Positions 36,468 through 49,330 of a DNA stretch of 64,000 nt are shown in pieces. The notes under the pieces are model-generated. The model saw only the letters and a program-made list of their open reading frames with translations, did not search any database and was not told the DNA's origin. The stretch lies in contig OX638150.1 of the NCBI GenBank assembly GCA_951804945.1, positions 46,996,001 to 47,060,000 of the forward strand, read 5' to 3'. The stretch comes from Podarcis cretensis. Lineage: Eukaryota. The translations under genes were made by a program, and so were the position numbers. The stretch's first letter is position 1. Each line of letters opens with the position of its first letter.

Positions 36468-37600
36468 GGGGGGCCACCAGGTGGCGCATTGGAAGATGGC
36501 CGACAATAACATCTCTCCGACCCATACGAGGTAATTAGGAGGCTGCTATGGGAAGTATGCAGTCTCCCCCCCAAGGTTATGGGGGGGGACTGCCTTGCCT
36601 GCGGTGGCCACAATGCACCCCCAGACTTGAGAGAAGGGGGTGCACCGGTCACTTGGCTAAGCCCTCAGTGTGTTCGGCTCTTCCCGGACGCCGTCTCCAA
36701 TTCGCGCGTGCTGGCTTGCTTTAACACGAAAATATAATTGGAAATATATAATTGGAGATGTTGAAGCACATATATCAAGCAAAGGTCGGGAGATAAGACT
36801 GCTGATTAATGGATTTCTGGGATTGGAGCGGCGGGCGAAAGACAAATAAATCAAGAGATGAAGCACCATTAAGAGATGGGTATGTTTGGAGCTAAGAAGG
36901 TGGGTGGAGGAAAAACTTTTATTTCTTTATATTATATAAATAACCCTCCACCCCAAAGAAAAAGGAACCGCCGTATTTTACTACACAAGCAGGAATCTAA
37001 AAACTGTGTGGGATGAATTAATGATGAATGAAGAGAGGATTGGTAAAGATCGGAGAACGGAAAATTTTATGACACAGTTTTAAAATGGCGTCTTGCAAGA
37101 TAGGTTTGTTTAAGAAAGACAGGGGGAGGAGAAGCAGGACTGTTTGAAAGCGAACGATGTTTGGAATTTGATCTTTAACCTGGCAGAGCCCTCTAGGAGA
37201 TATTTTACAAGCCTGGGACAACTAATGGGCAGACCAAAGACAAATTTTTGAAGTAGGAGTGGAATGGCGGCTGTCCCTATGGAATATGACTTATGGAGTG
37301 CGTAAAACCCACACAGACGATGTTTGTTCTTAACCTGCCTGTGAAGATTATCAGAGATCGCAAAGAAAGGAATATATGGCAACAACAAGAATGAAGAAAG
37401 TAAAAAAGAGACTATCTGGATAGAACTGGATAGAACTGTTTAATTAATGCAGTAATAGAAATGATGTTTGGATTCTCGTCCGGAGCTTGATGTATGGGTA
37501 CCCCCAACAAAATTGAAAAATTCGGCTGTATAATTTGGAATTAATGTGATTTGAAATAATGTGATATGATTGGCCTGTTAATAAAAAATATGTTTTTTAA
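36468..37600 (+). mobile_element. Non-autonomous ~1.13-kb polyA retroposon with L1-like 5' end, copy 2
   Basis: Starts GGGGGGCCACCAGGTGGCGCATTGGAAGATGGCCG; AATAAA at 37580-37585; A tail; 57-bp TSD at 36411-36467 and 37601-37657 with one mismatch. Confidence 0.88.
36474..36502 (+). promoter_or_regulatory. CTCF motif plus YY1 motif at the retroposon 5' end
   Basis: CCACCAGGTGGCGC at 36474-36487 and AAGATGGCCG at 36493-36502; the same CTCF motif is reversed at 26248-26261; binding is not shown. Confidence 0.5.
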
Positions 37601-40335
37601 AAAAGGAGCTACTGGAGGCGAGAATCAAAGCAAATCTGTTGGAGTTTTCTTCTTAATGTGTTTGTGGTGGACCACCCCAACTCCAGCATTATTTACTTGT
37701 ATTGAAGGGGATGTTCTTGCATACCCAAAGTGTCCTGCTTTCTTTACTCTCTAAAGAAAAGAAAGCCCATTGTACAAAGGTAAGAGTCACACCTCTTGCT
37801 CCATCTACTTTTTACCTCTTTTGTCTATGGTCCCATCATCAGTGGTATGTGGTCCCACTGCCCAAGAGCAAATGTGGCCCTTTGAATGGAAAAGGTCCCT
37901 GCCTCTACTTTAAATGGAGTAGTTCCCTAACTTGTTTTTTATGATATGAGAGAAAGAACTCGAAGTCTCTCTCATAGTATTGTGGTTTGTTATTTGCCAC
38001 AAATGACCTTTCTCTTTGGTCTTCTATCTTCTTCAAGTGCATGGACCATCTTAATTACAGTTCTTCACCATTGAAAAATTCTCTTTTTTTCTATCATCCA
38101 CATTTGAAATGCAAATGCGAGAGAGCAGGAGAAGGTGGACAATACTTTGGCATTCTCAGAGACACAATATTCCTAGAATGTAAAAGTGAAAGAAGCTCTA
38201 GCTCCATTTCCTGTGGTCAGGTTATATTTTTAGAAGGAAAGATGGTAAATACATGGATCCAGACTTTGAGGAGATTATTTATGTTTCTATCTACTAGGTG
38301 CAGAAGGTAAAAATGAATCATAAAAGTTCACATGAATTACAAGCAGTGTCTTTTTTTGTTTTTGTTTAAGCAAACTGGCTTCTTCTGCTACTTACAAATT
38401 CCACTTTTATCCCGTCTCTGAATATGAATCACATTCATTTTGGATTATTTAATTTAACTTCCTTTCCAGGCGAACTGGCTTTATTAAATGTCTGCCATGG
38501 ATGGGCAAACAAAGTTTGTGTAGACTACAAATATCCTATGATTAGCCTGGTCGAATATATTGCACTAGTAAGGTGTACAAATTATGCCTAACAGTATAAG
38601 TTAAGCCTGGTAAATCAGTGGGGAACAACAAGGAATGCAAACATATAAAAATCCAAAAGTCATTTGAGAAAACTCTTTGTGCCTGTAGTAAGAGCCAGGG
38701 ACACAGATAGGAGATGATGTACAGATCTGCTATGAATAATAAGTCACAACTTTATTCACAACATTTCCATGTAGTTTTGGAAACAAAGATAGGTCAACCA
38801 TCTGATTGCTAAGACACAACTTGCACAGAAGAGTTGAGGGAAGCATGACCAATTTGATCACACTGGGTGCAGAGCCTTAGGGGTGTCTCAGGGGCATACA
38901 AGTAGATTGGAAGGTGAGGGTCAGGGGGTGCCAAATTTGGGTGTTGCATGGGACACCACTGAAAGTTGACTGGTGGATAAACTTAGGAAGAAGATTGGTA
39001 ATGGTCAGAGCAGACATTTGGGATGGAGCAATGCACCATTCAGGTTGCAAGACTGGTTTAAAGTGAACATTTGATTCAGTATTAGGTAAAACCTGTTTAC
39101 AGTATTATCTATAAATGTCTAAGCAGCAGGAAGTCCCATTGAGTTCAGATGGGCCATACTGCCAGGTGAGTGGGTATAGGATTATAGCCTAAGGCTGAAA
39201 TAAAAATCTAAGCAGATTTTGTTTTCAAGGGAACATAACAGCCAACACAATCTGTTCTGCTTCTTGAAATTTTGCCTTGAAATGTAGGCAAGTGGTAGAT
39301 GGTGAGGAGATAAGGATAGCTTGGGCTCACAACCTGTAGCACTGGTGACATATTTGGAGAAGGAGATGAGAACAAGCACTTACCAGAGCAGAGGAATTGA
39401 TTAATTAGCAAAATAAAAGGAAAAAGAGAAAAGACCTCAGGGCTCAGAAGTAGAACCCAGCTGTTCTGCCTAGCACAGTGATTTCCTAACAAAGCATACC
39501 TGAATAAGAATGATCAAATGTGTGGTTTCTCCCCCTCTACTTTCTGCTGGTGCCTTCACTGGAGTCAGAGACAAGGCAGTGAGTAATGCATGAAGCCATA
39601 TGAATTAAGCCAAGGGGTTTTAAAGACTGTAGTCATGTGCTTTACTGGTCGGTTTTCCTGCTTCCAGAGTAGACTTCCATTAGCCTGTGGACTAAATTAA
39701 GCTTATAAAATGAAGAAGACAATTGGCTTTTTATAACTGAGGTAGTGATGCTGCTCTACATAATCACATATACCCAACCTGAAATGGTGGAGTCATTAAG
39801 GCATAATGTGTCATGATTAGCAATTTAATTGTTTCCCAAAGACATTACTTTTCTCTTCAGTTTTCTAACTTTTTTTCTCCGGCTACTTAATATGTCCTAA
39901 TGATTTTCATTATGTTCAAGTAGGCTTAAGTGCATATTAATCTGTGCATGCAGACTATGTTTCGGTTTCAAATAGCTGAATGGCTGTTGTGGTGGCTGAA
40001 ACCCTAGAATGCTGAGAGAGCAATTTTTTGGGGGAAATGGGGGCTTTGGGGCTGAGTGGCGGGGTCCCTGAATCTGCCCTCATTTCCCCCTTCCCCTGTG
40101 GATGAAGAGGCCAAAGCAGGCATGAGTTTTCATTAAACATGTACTTGCTAGTTTGTGGGCAGTTTATTTCTGAGTCTAAACAGAGTGGGCCAAATATTAA
40201 TGTGAAATCTGTTTCTTTCCCCAATTTAACTCCCTGCACTCTGCTGTTTTAAGACTCTCCCCACCACTACCTAAAAGCCTTTCTCGTTTTCAGTATCAGA
40301 GGTGATCTGGGAAGAGGGTCTTAAAAATGTAAGTA

Positions 40336-40560
40336 CAGTGATACCTCTGCTTATGAACTTAATTCATTCCGGAGGTCCATTCTTAACCTGAAACTGTTCT
40401 TAACCTGAGGTACCATTTTAGCTAATGGGACCTCTTGTTGCCACCACGCCGCTGGCGCACAATATCTCTTCGCATCCTGAGGTAAAGTTCTTAACTTGAG
40501 GTACTACTTCTAGGTTAGCGGAGTCTGTAACCCAAGTGTTTGTAACCCGAGGTACCACTG
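40336..40560 (-). mobile_element. Tc1/mariner MITE, family A (more diverged)
   Basis: TA TSD; CAGTGATACCTC ... GAGGTACCACTG. Confidence 0.88.
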
Positions 40561-40888
40561 TATGTCTCTTCCTCTTCAAACACTTTGGAATGACAGAAGC
40601 TGTAGCATAGGAAAAAGGAGAAAGATGCACAGTAGTATCTGTGCACCAAGATACAGAATACAGTATTCCCCTTCTAGGGCCGATAGGGGTATTTTTACTC
40701 CACAAACCACAATGTGGCAAGATTTTTGAGTGACGCCATGAAATTACGTCACCATAGGTCCTAAGAGCCATTTTTGTATCTCAGAATGTCTAGACAGTTT
40801 TATCCTAAAGTATCACCTACTATGTTTTGTTAACTGCGTTGTGTGCTGATCCATGTATACGATGCCCTTTTTCTCTGCCAATAAATGC

Positions 40889-40889
<1 letters not shown>

Positions 40890-40919
<30 letters not shown>
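40890..40919. repeat. (ATTG)n microsatellite
   Basis: Seen directly. Confidence 0.95.
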
Positions 40920-41591
40920 ACTCCACCACCCAATCTCCAGGCTATTCTCCCATGCCATCCTCAAACCATCCCAGAACCCTGTGTTAATGTTGCATAAACC
41001 TTGGAAACAAGTCCCCAACAAAAATGGCTGTGTATTTTGTAACAGAATCTAATGGGGGAAGGCCCCTCATTACCTGCTTCCAGAAATGGAAGAAAATGCA
41101 CCACCTGAATTATTTGGAGCCAGCCCACTGCAGCCTTAGCCTGTATTTTGGAAATTCTGCCTTGCCTCAGAGCCCTCAGACAACTGCTCTGGAAAAGCGG
41201 GAGCCACATGGAAAAGTCTGGGAGGGAAAGAGAAATCAGTAAATATTGCGTCCTTCCCTTTTCCAATGTGAGCATTTGTGGAACGGTAATCTGGATTCAG
41301 CTCAATGGATAAAGTCATACTATTACCCCCTGGTCTCTGAAGAAAAGCTGACATAAAGGTAAAGCAGCAGGGGGAAAAGATGTCAGGTTTCTCTTCCCTT
41401 TCACCACTCCTTTACTTATCTGATCCTTCCATCTAGCTCATAAACTCTTATTTTTTTGTTTCTTCAGTCCTGCTGCTCCCATTAGTTAGATTAAATAGAA
41501 AATAAACTTAAACCATCAGGGTGTTAGGGCAGCACACCAGAGAGAAAAGGCAAAAGTTTTCAAATGTTATGGATTAAAAAGAAAAACCCTA

Positions 41592-41998
41592 GCTAGCAAG
41601 GATGACACAGAAGATCAGGCATCAGAAAAATTGAAAATTTATTAATGACTGGAGTAAATTCCTTACATATATGGAAACAAATTTAGGAAACATTAAAATC
41701 ACAGTAGGCGATATATAAAGTCTGAGAGGTGTAAACAAAGGAGATAAAAAACACCCCGCAGGAAGATAGCGTGGGATTACAACTCAAGCCGTTTCTGAAG
41801 GGAAGTCAATCACTGTTAGGGGATGGGTGGGTGTTTTTTTTTTGTGTGTGTGTTTTTCCCTCTTCTTTTTCTTTTTTGTATTTGTTGGAGGGTTTGCACC
41901 TGTGTCTTCGTTACTTTTTGTCTGTTTTTTGTATGTATTGTAATATTGCTGCTAGGAATCTGTTTCGAAAATGTAAAACCAATAAAAAAAATTTTTAA
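41592..41998 (+). mobile_element. 5'-truncated L1-clade LINE, second family
   Basis: Decayed peptide LARMTQKIRHQKN*KFINDWSKFLTYME is homologous to LAEMTGKIRDQ...EDWEKFKVYLQ; GT-rich 3'UTR; AATAAA and A tail; TSD AAAAAGAAAAACCCTA at 41576-41591 and 41999-42014, at a TT/AAAA site. Confidence 0.82.
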
Positions 41999-43496
41999 AA
42001 AAAGAAAAACCCTACAGAGGTTTATAAAAATATGTGGCTAGTATGGAGACATTTCTACCCACTTTTATAATACAAAGTTCCAAAATGAAACAATAAAATT
42101 AGTCAGCTATAGATTCAGGAGAAATAAAAGAAAAGACTTCTTTGCACAATGTGGTATGCCAGGATGTGTGGTGGGTGTTCTCAGAGGCTCATTTGTATTT
42201 AATTCAGCTTGGTTATGTTTTAACTTGCTAAATTTAATTGTCTGTACTTGCAAAGTTATTTTAATTTAAAGCTCAGTGCCAGACAAAGATGACATTTTGT
42301 TGCCTGAAGGAGAGCCCCAATGGCACCTAGGGGACCAACACTTTAAAAAGTCTGTGGCACCATTTTGACACCATACCCCGCCTTCATCTATTCTCACTTC
42401 AGGTGCTGCCTGAAGCAGGCCATTTCATCTCTGGTCAAGCCCTGTTTAAACACTGAACTACAAAGTTCTGATTACATTAGAATTCTGCTATGAAAATTTC
42501 CAGTCTGAAAGGTTGGGTTGAAGGAGCAGCAAATTCAAGCTCTTTTTCCCCCTTTCCCGTGTGTGTGTGTGTGTGTGTGTGTTTTAGCCCACTGTTTTCC
42601 CACCCCATCTGCACTTTTAGTTTTTAAATGGGCTTCCCCCCTAGGCATTCCAATGAGGGATCACACAGCCAGTGTGATGATCTCATGAAGTTATGCAATC
42701 AATCAGATTTGGATGTGATTGGTTAATTGGAAATCTAACACATTGAATTATAATGTTGATGTTGATATTTTCCCTTTGCAATAGTTCTGTCTGAGAATTT
42801 TTATTGATACAGTCAATGCCAAATGCATTAATGTTGTTGCATGTCACCCCAATTTCTGAGCAGTGTAAGATTCAAGGGGTTCCAGTTGCTTTCCCAGGGT
42901 TTGTGCTTCCTTTGGAGTGAGATACAATGGGGACGGTGGTGTCTTCAGGACATATGATTCTTTACATATATATACAACCAGAGCCTATGATGGAGGGGTC
43001 CACAGCATTAACACCCAAAGAGGGCCTTGCTTCTGCCATAGCCACAGCCTTGGATTCAAACAGAAATCAACACATCTCTCTTTACCCTGTGGCTTTGCAG
43101 CCTGCTGCTTTTATACTTCTAGCTCCTAGCTCACATCTCTCAACTCTCAACTCTGGCCTTTGTCTTTCTACTAGACAGTTGCAGGGGGCTCTCATTTGCC
43201 ATCTGGTACAGATCCACTTTCTTCATTCCCTCAATGGCCTGTAACCTAGGCTATTACCTCACCAGGAATCTCACCTGGCTTATATTTTAACACTTCTTGG
43301 ATCAAGGGCCTAGAAGGATCTCTGCATACAGCATTCCCCATCCCCTCCCCCCATTACAATATAGACTAATTATCATTGTGTGTTCAACATGTTATAAGAT
43401 GTGCATACCTGTCCACTGCATGTGTTGGCTGAACATGCACTCTTTTAAAAAAATGAACCTTTCATGTGAAGTCGAGACTTAGATCAGATGTGTGTA

Positions 43497-43718
43497 CAGT
43501 GGTACCTTGGGTTAAGTACTTAATTCGGTCCATTCTTAACCTGAAACTGTTCTTAACCTGAAGCACCACTTTAGCTAATGGCCGCCGCACCGCCAGAGCA
43601 CAATTTCTGTTCTTATCCTGAAGCAAAGTTCTTAACCCGAGGTAATATTTCTGGGTTAGCGGAGTCTGTAACCTGAAGCGTATGTAACCTGAAGCGTATG
43701 TAACCCGAGGTACCACTG
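43497..43718 (-). mobile_element. Tc1/mariner MITE, family A
   Basis: TA TSD; CAGTGGTACCTTGGGTTA / TAACCCGAGGTACCACTG. Confidence 0.9.
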
Positions 43719-45780
43719 TATAGCTTTTCTCCATATACCTAATGAAGAACTTTTCACACCAAGAAGTATGAAAATATTGGTTTATTACACAGAAATGAAA
43801 GAGATGTAGTATACAGTGGCTGCTTCAGGCAGCAAGGTTATAAATACTCAGGCAGCAAATAATCATTCAGCACATATACATATCTTAATTCTATACAGTA
43901 AAAGTCCCTAAGTACCCCAAAGCCTGGAAAGTAAGTGTACAATTTGCCACAGTACTCACACTAAAAGAAAAGGAAAAGATGAGGGAATGGGGCATTTCTG
44001 ATCATGGAGGAAGAAGAGTTAAGCTCTCTCTTCATAATCCTAGGGCAGTAAGGAAGCAGAGTCCCTCACTCATTTCTCTGATCTGTGATTGAGATTGTTG
44101 AGGAGCTGTGAGCTCAGTGTATTTTGACTCTTAACTTCTATGGAGAAGGGAAGGACCTTCCTTAATGAGTAACTAACATAACACTTTGAACTGTTTGTTC
44201 CTTCTAGTGTCCTTTTGTGAGATAAGTTTGAAGAACACAGTCCTAATCTTGGAAGACCACACCTTTAGTTGAGTCAAAAGTTTACCTTAAAAGAGGTATT
44301 CATTGTCTGCTTGGAGACTGGTTCCTGCTGACAGGAGGTTGATAACTACAGCTTTCTGGCAAATGCAAGGATTAGTGGTCTGATCTTTTCTGCAACTATT
44401 AAGGTCAGGGTGTTAACTGTTCTTTCCAGGTCATGTAGGAAATAGGCATTTGTACCAGGGTCACAGATAGATCATGAAGGGTATATTTTATATTATCTTT
44501 ATGCCAGCTGCACCAGTGCCATGATCCACAGAAATAAACCTTGTAAAAGTTCCAGACTAGCACCCATTGTCACACAAACTAGAACTGGATTTTGCATTAA
44601 GAAAATGTAATTTTTCTGGTGACCTGTATGAGATGAATTTAGTATCGTGCGCTCTGGCTAATATTTGTTTTGACATGCTGAGTTTTCAGAAGTATGCCTT
44701 TAAGCAGATTCATAATCTACCTGAGGGCTCATTGGTTACATAGTTTTATGCTATTATATTCATATATTTTCATTTCTACTAATGTCAACATGGTTAATGC
44801 AGTTTGTACTAGTTAAATTAAAATGAGTACAATTTTTAAACAGTTGGTCACAGTTAGTTCATATTGAAATTTATGAAGGTTGAACACTTAATTATGTACT
44901 TTATTTCCATGAGAGTTGGACATGATTTTCACTTGACTGCACTCATTCTCTTTTAGCTTTAGTCATCTTACTTAAACAAATAGAATTATTTTAACAGAGT
45001 GACATTTTAAATATAAAATCCAGTATAAATAGTACGGTTACATAGTATAGTAATATAGGGTGGGGAAAATTGCTACCACTAACACACCAACCACCAACCA
45101 CAAGATTCTGTGTGGGCTCCACTTAGGAAGAGAATGAGATTAGGTTCAAAGCACTTCTGAGGATGCCAGATTCAGACCAGGATACAAATCTGAATCATAA
45201 TTCAGAAAAAATAAAGTTTTGTGCCTCTATTTAAAATTGATTTTCTTCCCCCTCCCCTTTTGACAGAATTGGATGAAATTTATAGATGTGCTAGCTTCTC
45301 TTGTGTAGAAAATATTTACCAAATTACAAACAAATGGAAGCTGCAGTTTTTATGTCGAAAATCTTGCATAGCAGCCCCTCTGGAGGGGATGAATCTTGTC
45401 AGTCAAATTTCAGGAAGAGGGGCACAGCAGGGTCTGCCCCCTGCCCCACAGTCAGTATGGTTAAAAATGATTCACTTAATTTCCTTTCTTGTTTTATGTG
45501 CAATATATGAGAGAGGTATTCCTAAGTAAGAAACCTGTTATATTACAAGAAAAATTGGTTTGTGGTGTGTGGATGTGCATACCATACACCTCTAAAGCTA
45601 TTTGAGGGGAGGGTGAAGTGATGAACTAAGATGATTTTTTTGTTTGGTTTTGTTTGCAATTTTTTAATATAAAAATTGCATCAAAGTGGTGCTCTTAGGA
45701 AATTAATATGTGAAAATTTGAAAGGATGGGAGCAGAGGCTAGAGAGATAGGATGAATTTGGGGAAAGCTTTAGTCTTGTA

Positions 45781-46034
45781 CAGTCATACCTCAGGTTGAA
45801 GTAGCTTCGGGATAAGTATTTTCGGGTTGTGCGCTGCGGCGACCCGAAAGTAATGGAGCATGTTATTTCTGGGTTTTGCCGCTCGCGCATGCGCAGACGG
45901 TCAAAATGACGTCATGCGCATGTGCAGCAGTGGAAAATCACGACCCGCATAGATGCGCAGACGTGGGTTGTGTTTGCTTCTGGATGCGAACGGGGCTCCA
46001 GAATGGATCCTATTCGCATCCAGAGGTACCGCTG
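45781..46034. mobile_element. Tc1/mariner MITE, family B (CpG-rich)
   Basis: TA TSD; TIRs CAGTCATACCTC / GAGGTACCGCTG; internal GCGCATGCGC-type repeats. Confidence 0.85.
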
Positions 46035-47762
46035 TATTGTGTTCAATTGGCACCAAACGTCAGAGAAACTGTTCAGCTTTCTAAGGAAGTGTAAGTATCA
46101 AAATTTGCAAAGGGCACTGAACAAGCAAGAAAAATGTGTTAGACAAGCCATGGATCAGCTTTGGTTCTTGATTTGGGATTTGTCTAAATCTTTGTAGTGA
46201 TAGTCCACTGGACTGGCTATTATGAGAAGGCAGCCCAGACAGCTCTTTGCAACCTTATGGATGTGTTAGTGTTGCCAGGTCAGGTAGTGTCTGCAGCAAT
46301 AATAAAAATACAGGAAGAACAGGGATTCATCTATCCACCTGTTTTCATTACTACAGTACATTATGCCTGTGGTGCAGACAGCACTATGGTAAATTATGTT
46401 AGTCCTTCACCATACTGCTTTAGTACTTTAGTACTGCTACAGGGTAAAGTCATATTATCTCCTAACAGACCAGAAAAGGCTGTGATCTCTCACATATTGT
46501 GAGGAAGCGAAAAGATGGTATATAATTCGGTATGTTGTCTTCAGTAAGCATTGGGGGAGGGGGAGGTATGCAAACGCTGATGTGTTTTGACATTTTCCTG
46601 CACAGTGAATCCTCCAGCCGAATGACTACTCTATTCCAACTCAAGGGATTTCAATCATGGTAATACTAATTACTTAGGGGTTTCATATCATGGCACTAGG
46701 GCAGGGACACTCCCCCCCGAAAGAATGCTGCGCTGATCATGACCCACAAGAAGCATAATGCAAGATGGACAGACACTGCAGTAGTTGCTCCGTGTCCTTT
46801 CTTACCATAGCTGATGGGTCGGAGACATTCCCATGTACAGGAAAATACCAGAGATCAGAAGTTGTTTTTTCAAACTTCTGTAAATGTAGCTCTCATTTGC
46901 ATCATTTAGTTAGCTAAATGTCACTTTTTAAATATGAATGTATTAAATGTCAGCAGAGCTGGATCATTTGAATACTTATTTTCTCTCCCTATTATTTTCT
47001 TAGCATCTTCCAATTATTAAGGGCATTTCAACTGTTGATTGCTTGTTTTTCTTGATTGGGACCTTTGTCTGTTTAATTATGTTTTAAAGAAATTAAATTC
47101 AAATTCAGTCAGGCTCAGAAGTCATCCTTAATGCTGCCTGTATTTTGTCTTTCTTTCTTTCCTTGCATACAACAAGAATACACACAATGGAGCATTATTG
47201 AGAAAGCACAGTGCAGACCCCCACAGAGAGGCAATTTATCTTGTGCTATAGATGATCCTGCCTCGTGTCCACAGTGCACTTGGTCTCAATGTGCTTTCAC
47301 GTTAGCATGCCTCATCAGAAGCCTACGACGAGAGAGCCAATTAATTGCAACTACGATTGTCGCTATCAAATTATCAATCTTGTGAGAAATCTGATTTTCT
47401 AATTAATCTGGGAACATATGTGCATTAATCTGTCTGCTACTTCTGCTCTCTAATGAGACAGATACTTATAATGCTTTCTTAAGAAATAATAATAAACTGA
47501 CTGGCTGTGCATGACACTGTAGGCTAATTAATAAAATAGTGGCAGCTCTTCGATTTCCCTGGGCTGAATATCTTACATCTTTAACATATTATTTACCATT
47601 TGTAGCTTTAGATCTGCATCGCAGGAATGCGGTTGATAGTGTAAATTTGGCAATTAGCACTCTTGAAGTGAAATGAGAAGGTGCAACTGGTGCTGCTTGG
47701 GAAAATATTCTCATGCTACTCTGCAAATGTAATGCAATGCAAGAGCAAATGGTCTGTTAATA

Positions 47763-47776
47763 CTGACATCTAGTGG
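47763..47776 (-). promoter_or_regulatory. Candidate CTCF site in non-repetitive DNA
   Basis: Minus strand CCACTAGATGTCAG, one mismatch to the common CTCF core CCACTAGATGGCAG. Confidence 0.4.
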
Positions 47777-48275
47777 CATATGGGTCCTCTGTCTATAATG
47801 AAGGACCAAGTATGATGTGATCCTAGAAGGCTTTTCTGGGTGGGGAAAATCAATGTGGGTTCTAGAAGAATGGTAGGGATTTGTGGTTGATATAGATTAG
47901 TTCAGGCTACTGAAACTGGATGTGGAAGAGAAATTTAAGAAAAAAGACAGAAGCATGCCCAAAGGGGATTTTATGAGCCTTCCGTCACCAACTGCAACAT
48001 CTATCTGTATAGCAACCTTGTTTCCCTTGATAGCTCTTGGTTGTGGGGTTGTTTGTTTTTTAAATATTCCTTAGTATAGATTGCATGTAAAAAGAACCAA
48101 CAAGGTGAGGGATCAAATCTGATTCCAGAAACCAGATTTTAAAAGGGCATTGTAATAGTTCCAGATGGTAAGATAAAGGGAGAATTAACAAAAACACTTG
48201 CCAGCAATCCTTAACAAACTACCAGATAAAGAAAAGCTTGGAACTTATGGTGTCCAAATAAATGAAAGGATAATA

Positions 48276-48497
48276 CAGTGGTACCTCAGTTTAAGAACAG
48301 TCTGGTTTAAGAATGATTTGGTTTACAAACTCTGCAAAACAGGAAATAGTGTCCTGGTTTGAGAACAGAATCCGAATGGTGGAAGGGCACTGGCGGTGGG
48401 AGACCTCATTAGGGAAAGTGTGCCTCGGTTTAAGAATGGTTTTGGTTTAAGAACAGACTTCCGGAACGGATTAAGTTTGTAAACCAAGGTAGCACTG
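48276..48497 (+). mobile_element. Tc1/mariner MITE, family C (related to family A)
   Basis: TA TSD; CAGTGGTACCTCAGTTTA / TAAACCAAGGTAGCACTG; GGTTTAAGAA repeats. Confidence 0.87.
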
Positions 48498-48689
48498 TAG
48501 ATGGTTATTCTCAGGAACCACACTGAGGTCTCCACAGGCAGAAGGACTAGAGCAGACTCAGGGCCCAAGACCCAGGTCCCAGGAACTGAGAAAATGACTA
48601 GCAGGAGCAGAGACGAAAGAGACCCAATTGTCAGGCTTCCAGATAAAATTCATCTTCAGGTGGCAGGTTCTGCAATGGAACAAAGCAAG

Positions 48690-49330
48690 TTTTGCAGGAT
48701 CCAAAAGGCCACAAATACCTCTTTCTTGGGTAAGGTGGGGGAGAGGGGGGTGGCCGAGCAGTTACAGGAATTCCTAGAGCATATGAATTTCTTTGACATC
48801 TGATGGGAGGGCGTTCCACAGGGCGAGCGCCACTACCGAGAAGGCCCTCTGCTATGATATCGTCCTGGATTGGCTCTGTGGGATGGGCACTGGGACATTG
48901 TTTTGCAGTGGTTCCACTCCTATCTAGAGGGTCTTGTCCAGAGAGTTGTTCTTGGATAATGTGTTTCTTGTCCCCAGTGCTGTTTATATGAAGCCACTGT
49001 GTTTGGTCATTGGGAGTTTGGGGGCAAAGTGTCACCAATATGCTGATGATATAGATACTGATGACTACTCCCCATAACATTTGAATCAGGGGAGGTTGTT
49101 CATGATCTGGGCCATTGCAATGCAGTGCAGTGGGGGACTGGATGGAGGCCAATAAACTGAGCTTGAACTCTGGGATAAAGGTAGCACTGTAGGTTAGTGG
49201 TTCCTATGTCTGGGAGATCAGCCACTTGCCTGTTATGGTTGGGATTGGGATTAGTGCTCTTGGATCTACTTTTGTCAGGTGGCCTCGAGAGACAGGAGTG
49301 CTGTTTGCCAGTTATGGCTGGGATGTAAAC
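48690..49330 (+). mobile_element. Decayed L2-clade LINE reverse-transcriptase fragment
   Basis: NTSFLGKVGERGVAEQLQEFL; LQWFHSYL; RT catalytic motif YADD at 49039-49050; WMEANKLSLN. Confidence 0.82.

Noticed and set aside
48631-49152. 173-aa minus-strand ORF
   Set aside because: Antisense to a decayed L2 RT fragment; no recognisable protein.
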